NCBI GenBank assembly: GCA_023645945.1
Contig: JALAIB010000086.1
Span: 1-34,363 of the forward strand
DNA: 34,363 nucleotides
Origin: Diploschistes diacapsis
Taxonomy: Eukaryota
Direction of reading: 5' to 3'
Part shown: positions 1-9,551 of the stretch, one piece after another
How positions within the stretch are numbered: position 1 is the stretch's first letter
Layout of the letters: the number at the start of each line of letters is the position of its first letter
Program-made: the position numbers and the translations under genes
Notes under the pieces: generated by a model
What the model saw: only the letters and a program-made list of their open reading frames with translations
Database searches by the model: none
Told to the model about the DNA's origin: nothing

Positions 1-559
1 GATGGTGCTTTTTCTTTTGTGTGGGGGGGAGGGGGATGGATGGTAGATGATGGCGGTAGGGGGCAGAAAGAAGGTTGGTGACAGGAACAGGGTGGCTAGA
101 TACGCCAGCAAATGCAGTGGAATGCGCCGACGGTTTTCCACAGGAACGACACGGAGAAACATTCCCTAACTGCCTGGGCGCAATTTTGATTCTGAGGGAG
201 AATGGCAGACGTACGGATACCACACCTGCCCCGGTTTGCCCTCGATCTTCTTCATCACCAATATCTCATGCTCATCCTGCACCCCCTCCGCGGGCCTTGC
301 GGGCCTTGGCTCGGGAGTAAGCGCCGACATTGTTGAATGATTCAGACAGTATTTTCAAACAGCGTTGGACGCGACTGAGGCCCAAGAATCGAACAACATT
401 CCTTGATTGACTAACTGGTTCGAATTACCTCTGAATCCGTTCGGCATGTTGAACAGTTGCAATCCTCCTGACTGTCGTTCATGGCGAGGTCGTGAGTCAG
501 ACTCATGACATCACAGTGCCGACAACACTTCCCTTTCGGCCGAGGTTCAGTGATGAACC

Positions 560-1918
560 ACTTTTTGGTGCTCTTCAACAGCGAAGGAAGCTTAGCAATC
601 CCGGAAACTCGCTGTCGACAATGATTGACAGATCATTGCGTCCGAATGCTTCCAAGCACTAAGCCCGTCCATGTAGCTCCCGGTATTGCCTGCACTCGGA
701 GACGTCCGTATTGAGGAGCGCAACAGGGAATCTCGCAACCTGCTCGACAATGGCGCTTTCTCCGCCGTAAAGCCCTGCAAAAACATCGAAGCGGAGCCAA
801 AGTAGTGGATTCGCGTCCACTAGAGATATATGGGATGCATTATTTTCATTATGATCTTCACTTTCCAATACCTGCATTACTACACTGAGCCGTGCGCCAG
901 CGCCATGGCACTGCGCTAAGCGAGTTCACCACCTGTCCGAGGAGTTGCAATGAGAAAGAAGCCGGGATGTAGCGACGATGGGAGGTTCATTGTCATCAGC
1001 TGGGGGCTAGACCGACAAGCAGCAATTCCATAGCCCATGTGGCGCTTCTTCCAAGCTGCAGATGTTCGCCTGGTAATGTTAAGGGCTTGCAGGCCCATTG
1101 ACCCTAATTCATGCCAATGGGCCAAAATCCGAGGATTTTCCAGTCGTCTGGACCAAAACTTGTCACTGACAAGCATTTACAGGATCCGGCACTTGGTCCG
1201 AATGGCTGAACCAAGATCTAGCCCTGCACTCCAATTGGTTCGTGTAAATGAACGTGCAGGATGGCATACATGATGATTGCTTAGCTCGGACCTTATTTTG
1301 TAGTTGATATTGTTTCCTGTCGCATAAAGGAAGCAGGCTCCGCGGGAAATCTCCTCTGACTGTATACCAAATTGGGAGGCGTAGCTTATAGAGGTTTGGG
1401 ATTTCATCAACGCCATCTAAAGCCAAGTCGCCGAAGATGGAGCGGGCCCCGTTCTCCGGGCCGGAATCTGACCAATTCATTCAGCAGAACCTGGAAACAT
1501 GCGTCTACAAGCATCCCATGGTAAAAGAGGAGCAAGTGCTATGCTGCAGGCGAAGACACTAAGAGAAAACAAGGCACCAGGGGGGGCAGAAGAAGACGGC
1601 AAGGATCTTGAACCGACGATGGATCTATCTCCGGCAGAATCTTGTAAGCAATTGCCGGGATTATCTGTTCCGTGACCCGCAGCCCCCAAGGTGCATTGAT
1701 TAGACCAAGAAATGTGCTCTCCTGCACCTGTGATTTGTCGTGTTTCCGCCAAATCACACCGCTGTCAAGTTTCCCGGACGCTAAAGAGGTCATACCTCGT
1801 GGCAGCCACTATCACAGTTCATCACCATCGATCGCCTGCCAAGAGAGTTTGACAGCTCTTGACAGGGTAGAACGACATGGGTCGAGGAGCAAGCTGAGCC
1901 AATGATCCAGTACGTCTT
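560..1918 (-). pseudogene. Possible decayed protein-coding gene (fragmented reading frames)
   Basis: Consecutive protein-like minus-strand fragments are broken by isolated stops (TGA TAG at 1809..1814, TAG at 1539..1541) and frame changes. LALDGVDEIP near 1400..1428 resembles a NACHT Walker-B motif. Confidence 0.3.
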
Positions 1919-2749
1919 CGTAGACGGGGCGGGTAATTGCAGACCAACACGTCTCTAATCTTACTCAAGAGAGAGACAAGATTTGATGCGTGTGAAATAT
2001 GCTAGCTTGCGGTTTATTGGTTTCGCTTGCGTATTGGGGATTCGCCATTGTCAAATTTCTGGGTCAAAGGCAACTGGGGCCTTTTGCCGCTCCTCCTTGC
2101 GTGAGCCGATCAAAAGCAGGCTTGTAGCGCAGCACAGTGCATGCTTCTTCTTTCTCCCGTGCCCAATCATTCCCAACAGCCATGGCTTGTCCACACACCT
2201 TTCCTGCGGATACATGAAAGCCAGATGCAAGCTCGCCATGGGGAACCGGTCAATGGCACAATGCTGCTGTCATTCGTTGCTGCAGTGCGGTCAATCCCGT
2301 CTTGCTCGTTCCCAGACCCTTGGTGTCGTTCGGGCTGTCTGTGCCTCAGCGTGAGAGGGAAAATACAGTGGCTGGAATGCTAGTTAGGCCAGTTCCTGGG
2401 CCTACAGAGCATGAGAGGGACTCCTAGAGACCCGAATTTAAGAAGCTGAAGTGCAGCTATATGAGTAGCCAGCGCTTTGCCGCTCGGCGTCGGCGTCCCC
2501 CAAAAACGCAATAGGAAAGGCAATTGACAAATGATGGGTAGGAAGATAGTAGAAACAGCTTCCTATGGCGAGAGGCTATTCATCAATCATTAAGATAAGG
2601 CGAAGATTACGGTACAGAAATCTCTGCTCGTACTGTTATGTACTGTTATGTACAATACACATTAAGTTACATACATACGTTCTCCCCCATCTCCGCTCAT
2701 AATAATAACTTTCAGTATCGATTCCACTGTGAATACACATAGGCGTAAG

Positions 2750-2785
2750 TATATATATATATATATCTCTCTCTCTCTCTCGCGC
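2750..2785. repeat. Compound microsatellite (TA)n(TC)n followed by GCGC
   Basis: tatatatatatatatatctctctctctctctcgcgc. Confidence 0.9.
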
Positions 2786-4231
2786 CTGGGGCACCATATT
2801 GGCACAAAGGGCTCCCGCTGACCTGGTCTGGGTAGTCATGTATTGTGGCATAGGAAAGGTCCCGGGAGAGCCCCAGTACATCGAGGCTACCACACACACC
2901 TAAGCATGGGCGCAGTGCGTCCTTGAAAAGCCCACGGCTTGCTCGACTCTTTATTTAGCTCATTTGATGTCCACGTAGGCCATTCGCCACCTATCGGAGG
3001 GAATCAACACAGGATTCGGAAGGGGTTGGTGGCTTTTCAAGGGTAGCCTGATGGGGGCCGGACATAGATGGTAGAGTCCCCAATTAGCAAGACTGAAAGT
3101 AATTCTCAAGACTAGAGTTCGCCCCGAAGCCAGAAAATAAGCTTCTCACAGCTACTTGTTCCACGAAGATTGGACGAAACGAGGCTCCCGGATTAAAGCG
3201 AATATAAGTCGTTGAGTATGGTCCAAATGACAAGCCTGTGAGTTGCATCTCCATTCACGACCTAATTACTTATTATGTGCAAATTGTCTGTGATAAATAA
3301 CTCGTAAACCGTCATAAGCAGGAGCAGATCCTAGTTCCTCGCGAAGCCGTCCAACATCACTTCTCGGCCTTTGCTTCTCCATTATCTGGATCCGGCAATC
3401 CATCGTAACACGGGCCTCGTTTCCCACCAAACGCCACATTTAAAAGCCAACCTTCCTGGCTTTGCTCGCTCAAACGCTCATCCATGGGACAAGAAATCAA
3501 AAAAGATCAGACGGCAGATCGACCATACTAAGTAATGCTGCAAACGTAATAGCCCGCCGGTACTACCGCCACAGATACCCCACGCCCATGCTATACCAAA
3601 GCAATCGACACTATTAATCTAAAGGGGAATCGATGAGACGGAGATGGAAATTCCAGGCTTGCACAAGGGACGCCACTCGAAATGCTGCCGCACAAGAATA
3701 GAAATGCCAACCAGAACGCCGGGTAAAGCCAAGCTCGTCCAAAGTTCAATCAAGTCAGACAGACCTATACATAGCCAGTGCAACGCGAGCCGATGCTGTG
3801 ATGAATATTCAGAATAATTCAGTCGTAGATGAAGGATTTGAGAGACAGGCGAGATTGATCTCCTAAACCGAGTTCGCGCATTGGTTGTTCGGTCTCTCGC
3901 GTGCAATGAAGTAAGGTGGGTCGAGACAAGCCTCAAGATTTGGGTAAAAAGTTCGTGTATCCGGGTTGAGATTTCAAAAAGCACTTCCCCCACTAGCATC
4001 CCTGCAGTGGTGGTCGAGTCTAGAGTCGCACAATGCAAATGTGGTTGTTCCACAGCCGTCTCCGCATTCGACTAGCCAAACGCCGTGTCCTAGCACAAGC
4101 TCGTAGTTCGCATAAGCCCGGATCAGGAACCGTGTGCCCTTCCCACCGTCCCGGGTCTTTGATTGCGCCAACAGGACACCAACGAGTTCAGACGTGCATG
4201 AACAATGGGTCCCACAGACGAAGGGAGTGGC

Positions 4232-6418
4232 CTATGCGCCCGAGGATGCGTGGGTCATCTGATATTGACCGGCATTCTGCGTTGGGTCTACAGCATACAA
4301 CCCATCCCGGCTGGCTACTGTCGTTGGCTCCATGAATGTTGCATAGTCCCACGAGGAGGGCCGCCCATGCTGTTGTGGCACCTGCTGTGCGGTCATGGGC
4401 ATGGCTCCTGAACTGTGGTTCAAATGCGCCTGTGGATAGGGGTAGGGTTGATAACCGGGCGGCATTGTCGCGGACAAGATGGCCGGGCTTGCGCCAGGAT
4501 ACGGACTGGTGGCCTGAGCGTGTGGCACTTCGCTTGACATGGTAGTAGCTGTCATGGGAGATGGATAGGCAACGCTAATGGAGCTCTCGGCGTTCGAGTG
4601 CGGTGAGGCAGGAAGAAGATCGCCTCCGAAATCCTGGGCTTGTGGACCGCGAAGGTTGGAGCTCATTGAAGGCGGCAGAGCTCCCGCTGTGGATGAATAG
4701 CTAGCAGACTGCGTAAGATCAGCACCTTGACATCCAATAAACGGATTCGTTTCGCTTACATATTTGCCGATGATTTTCTTCAGTGCGTGCGACAAGATCT
4801 TCCACGGGAACACCTTGACATCCTTTTCTATATTTCGGGGCTTCGGGTTTGGAAAGCCCATGATGAGCTTGAAGAAGTCCTCGCTGTCGGATTTGCCTTT
4901 CGAAACCGTCATGGGCCGGAAACCCTCGAGGTTCCGCCGGATCCGGTTCTTCTCCTCGACGGTGAAACGGACAGCCACGAGCGACTCCAGGAGGTAGATG
5001 GTGTCGACGCTCGTAACGTAGTACTCGTTCCTCGATTCCCACCAGATGCAGCTGATGCAGATCGAACTTGGCTGGCGATCTTCAGGCGCCACAGGCTTGA
5101 ACGTCGTGGTTATCGTACTTCTCGTTTGAGATCTCCAGAATTGCACAAGTCTTCTCTTAACGTCCTTCTCTTCTTCGCTCCAATTCTCGATCATTGAATC
5201 CAGGCTCCCACTGATCATGAGACTGGCTTTGTGAGGGTAGATAGCGTAAGGATTGAAGGTACTCGGCGCAGATGCACCAGCCGGAGTGGAGGATGGACTT
5301 GGTGATTGCTGCAACGTAGAAGTGCGGACCAGAGGTGGGTGGGCGAGCGCAGAAGGGGAGGCGAGTGCAGTGGTCCTGCTGTTTGTGGAGCCAGCAATGC
5401 CTGGGCTCTTCAGTATCCGACCTCCGTTCAAATTTGCTATGCTCCATGACGGAGTTTGAGGCGACCTGCTACGAACCGGGGCCGAGATTGGGTTTGTGGA
5501 GGAAAGTTGTAACTGTAAGCCCAGGGGAGAATCCTGTCGTGGATTGGACGACTGGGTTTGCGCTCTTTGGTATGCCGGCAGCACGTTGTTGATCGAAGTG
5601 TCGAGGGCCAAATGCGGCGACTGGTGAAGGTACGAGGGAGTACTCTGTCGTAGGTAACCGTATCCCGGACTTCCGTAACTGCTATTGCTTTCGTTCCGCT
5701 CGTGCTGCGTAACTGCCCGCTTGAACGGCACGATAAGTTCGCTTGGCTCGTCTGATAGCCTCCTTTTTCTCGAAGCTTCGTTCGCGAGTTGCGAAATGCT
5801 AGCGTCTGTATAGGTAAATGCTGGCGTAAGCTTCACCAGAGCGATTTCAAGTCCTGACTGGTCTTGCGCAACAATACTGACTGGAACCTGTGTGCTCCCC
5901 CAACCTGTTGCAGAGAACGACGGAACTTCTGCGCTAAGCGCATACTGATAGTATGATCCCTGAGACTCAACTCTTCTAAGCGTGGCATTGCAACGATGGG
6001 AACCGAATTCGACTTCGAGCCTCCAGGAAGGATCGAGCTCGAATGCGGATATCAAGAATATGAACATTCGCGAGCCCGGTGGCCCCTGTTGCGGACTCCA
6101 GCTCGAGACTTCGGGTATCCGACGTGGAGCATTCGATAAATAGCTCGCTGCACCTTCACTCTGCGCTCCGCGGTTCTGGAAGAAGGCACCTGCTGCATAA
6201 GAGACTTGGTCGGTTGGCCGCGTGTATGAGATGGAGTGGGCCTGCAAATGAGGCTCAATCGCCCCAGGTTGCGCGTATGCAACATACATGTCTTGTTGGA
6301 GCGGTCGTGTAGTTTGATAGTCTGTAGGGATTGGTCAATTAGCATCCTCGTGGCAGCAGAATTGCAGCGCGAGCCTACCTTTGGCGTTAGGGTAGGCAGC
6401 TTTTCCGTAATCGGACAT
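4232..6418 (-). CDS. medA: Medusa/MedA developmental transcriptional regulator (ACR1/Ren1/ACON-3 family), about 692 aa; exons complement(6379..6418, 4760..6321, 4232..4708)
   Basis: The 685-codon ORF holds the MedA conserved domain (RRLVQFWR...CISCIWW...YVTSVDTIYLLESLV...FTVEEKNRIRRNLEGFRP...FFKLIMGFPNPKPRNIEKDVKVFPWKIL). The likely start MSDYGK at 6418 joins in frame via a 57-nt intron 6322..6378 (GTAGGC...GCTAAT...CAG). A second 51-nt intron 4709..4759 (GTAAGC...GCTGAT...CAG) restores KKIIGKY/SASYSS. Confidence 0.95.
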
Positions 6419-7438
6419 GGAAAGAAGAGCTGTTGAAAAGTTAGAACTGGCCAGAAGGCCGTTGTTCCTAGTAAATCCCTTTAACTGCCGCACCACTTTC
6501 AAAGTGTTCAAGCGCGTTGTCCCCTAATATCGGCAGAAAGCTCCTGTTCGATGTCTAAAGCGGAATTTATTAGCGCTTTCCAAAGGCAGAAGGGTGGAGG
6601 TAGCGAAAGTAGGACTCATTGGAGACGTTGACGATGGTGTGGGACACAACGTGCGAAAGTTTGCGCATCAAATGCCCTCTGTACCTCCAGCAAGGAGCTG
6701 GAGGCCAAAGAACCTTGGGAGATACAAGATTGACAGAAAGATAAGACATACCTGGATTGAGCCTTGAGGAGCTAGGACTGCAGTAATGCTCATTGGGTCC
6801 TGGCTCAGTGATTTCGGTGGGGAGACGGAGACACAAGATCAGATAAATCAAGCGTAAGGCGCGTATGCAAGGGCACAAGACCAAGGATCCGGTACAGAGG
6901 TTCGAAGGGGGGCCCAGGACTGTGCTATTTTCGGAAGCGAATGTGTATGCTGCAGAATGTTTGTGTAGAAGAGCTTGCCGAATGCCGTGAGTAGGTGGAG
7001 CTGAGGTTGAAGATATTGCATGCGGGACATGGAGCTCCCTAAATGACCAGGTCCCTCTCCTGCTATGTTCGTCCAGGAGAATGATCAGTTCGCGCTAGCA
7101 ATGGCTTAGGCAAAGTTGTTTCGGAAGAGTCGCATCAACTTAAACAGCAACAACGATCTGTAGGCCAAGAGTTCTGAATCATTTAATGAGCGCCAGCTTC
7201 AAACCAGAAAAGGCTCCCGCCTTTTTGCAGAAGGCAAAGGCAAAGTCTTACCAGCGTCGGACAAAGATCCCTCAACAAGTTCTCCAAAGGCTCGGGACCA
7301 ATGGATACTCGCCAGTCTCCAGACCTATTGGATAGCCTGGCGTGGAGAAAGCTTCTACGAGACCAGTTAGAGAATGTTCAATGACATAAAGGGAGGTAAC
7401 AGCAGTAGTCGGAGGAGCAGAAGAAGTGATAGTCATAC
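6419..7438 (-). promoter_or_regulatory. Predicted spliced 5' leader of medA: intron 6430..7251 (822 nt), exon 7252..7354, intron 7355..7438 (84 nt)
   Basis: Acceptor TTCTAACTTTTCAACAG ends at 6430, 11 nt before the medA ATG. Donor CTG|GTAAGA at 7251. The small intron reads CA|GTATGA...CTAAC TGGTCTCGTAG|. Pairing of the donors with the acceptors is inferred. Confidence 0.6.
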
Positions 7439-8191
7439 TGCAATGCAAGGGATATGCTATTCGACTCGGTCTTTTGGTGGGGTCACAAACCTATCTTTAT
7501 GATACAAGGCCTGAACAGGAACAGGGCAATAAAAGCGAGGCTGGCCCCAGTATGGGAACAAGTGCCTGAAGACGTTTGCATAAGACACCCCGACAAAGTG
7601 GTGCTCCAGGCACTGTGGTGGCGGCTAGATATGTACGGTAATCAAGAAGGCTGCCCGGTGGTTGTCCAACGACTCTGGTTGAACAGCAAGTCAATCTAGG
7701 CACAAGCAAGGCAAGGATGGCCTCCCGCGCTGCAAGGGAAAAGCTGCCCCAGACTGTCGTCGAGTCGCCTACAACTATGCGCTATGTGTATTTTGTTTGT
7801 TGAGCCGACCGAGAGAACCCGCTGAGGAGGCAAAGATGACCGCAAGGGAGAGGGGCTCGCCAGAGGTCGTAACCGAATCTGGACTGGCAGGCGGGTATCT
7901 AAATTATGCTGGTAGGAGTAAGTGGAGGAAAGGCTCAGAATGCGTCAGTACGGCCCGGACGTCGATTAGTATATTAGTGATTAGTACGTTAGATCGCAAG
8001 CAGTGAGGTTCGTGGCGTGCGCAAAAAAGTAACGACTGCGTGGAATTGGAAAGACATTAGAAAATAGAATCATGACCCTTGGGCCGCGGAGAAGAAGGAC
8101 GAAGTCGTGATAACGAGCATGAGCCACTATTGTGTAATATGGAGACTAACAGATATCAGGCGAGGGACGAGTGCCAGGGCTAGGAACTATA

Positions 8192-8246
8192 TCTCTCTCT
8201 CCCCCTCTCCCTCTCCCTCTCCCTCTCTCCCTCTCTCTCTCTCTCT
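8192..8246. repeat. Pure CT/GA tract with (CCCTCT)-like units upstream of medA
   Basis: About 55 nt containing only C and T on the + strand. Confidence 0.9.
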
Positions 8247-9506
8247 AGTGTATAATGTTAAGCCTATCCTTTGGAGAGCGACGTGTGGGTGAATATCTAA
8301 CTTGGGGGCGGCGTTTCGTTGGTTATGGTGTGCGTTTCCAGCTTTCCAACGAGCTCTGCTGACAACGTTTGACGAGGTTGTAACGTACGCATCCGCCCAC
8401 GATCCACTCTGGGAAGCGCTGCGCTGCTCACGTAGAGTACTGAACGATGGATAATTGAGACCGCTCAGGCGCTTCTTATGGAAGACTTTGTAGATGTTTG
8501 TTTTCGATGGTTTCACAGATGAGGGAGAGAGATGTAGGGGCCGTGAAGCTGGAAGTTAGAATGCATAATTATCGAGGCTGGAAACGATCCGGTAGCTCAG
8601 CCCAGATCCGAGATGCCTTCTTGAGGGTTTTGGTTTATGCTTTTATAGCGCAAACACGAGTACTATTGGGCCCGCTGGACACACCAGTGCGCAATAAGGC
8701 AGGGGTGCAGCCTCGAGAATGAGCGCTGGGCGGTTGCTTTGCGTGCGGAAAAGCCTCCTCTGACCAGGCTGGCAAAATAGGGGAGCACCCGCGGGCTGCA
8801 AGGTCGGATGGATTCATGGTAACGAACGGATAGCTTCCTTGCCATCACACGCCTTCGCTTTCCTTGCCAACCAGATCGACCTGTAGACGGGCATCCCTTC
8901 CAAGGGGCTAGTAGCAGGGAGTCTTGATTCATGCGGTCACGACCCTAGGCCCGGCAAAGCCCATTTCTGACGTATTATTAGGCATGGAACAGGTAAAGAT
9001 GAAAACATGGCAGGCATTTGGAAATGGCCAATGGCCAATGGCCAACTCCGTTTGCTGGGAAGCCGAAGGTGGACTTTGTGGAGCTCGTCCAGCATGGGCT
9101 CTGCCATCTGGCTTGGTGTAGTAGTAGTGAAGTGGGAGGGAGGATAGAAGGTTTACTGAGGTACAAAGTACAAATGGCATACTGTAGTGAAATATTACCG
9201 AGACACGAAATACAAATAACTAATAACTAATAACTGCCTAGTGGTAGGAGAAAATTACAGCTTGAAGCCAATCTTAGTTACTGGAGGGTCAGTAAATCGG
9301 TAAGGCAAGGTAGTGTATTGTATTGTATTGTGTTGTAACAATAGGGCGCACACTTTCGATAAATCATGGATCATGGATTCAGACCATGTTCATTTTCGGC
9401 ATCGGAATGAGAACTTTGACGAGGCGAAGAGGCTAACTCACGCTACCTTCATAGCTACTCAAAGTCGACAACTAGCTGACCAGGATAGCGCCATCCTCCT
9501 GTTCAT

Positions 9507-9551
9507 GGCTTTGGCTTGGCTTGGGCTTTGGCTTGGGCTTGGGCTTGGGCT
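9507..9551. repeat. Imperfect (GGCTTG)n tandem repeat
   Basis: ggctttggcttggcttgggctttggcttgggcttgggcttgggct. Confidence 0.8.

Noticed and set aside
1..330. CT-rich minus-strand stretch and GCGGGCCTT direct repeat suggesting the promoter/5' UTR of a gene just left of the window
   Set aside because: Plausible, but the coding region lies outside the window, so it cannot be supported.
1983..4053. 123-aa (+) and 144-aa (-) ORFs downstream of medA
   Set aside because: Non-ATG starts, no motifs; more consistent with medA 3' UTR and intergenic DNA.
7325..7327. In-frame TAG upstream of the medA extension as an A-to-I editing (UAG to UGG) site
   Set aside because: Another in-frame stop lies just upstream in the preceding predicted exon with no in-frame AUG between them, so editing alone would not create a translatable ORF.
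8590..8660. GGTAGCTCAG resembling a tRNA A-box
   Set aside because: No T-loop GTTCRA motif or cloverleaf follows.
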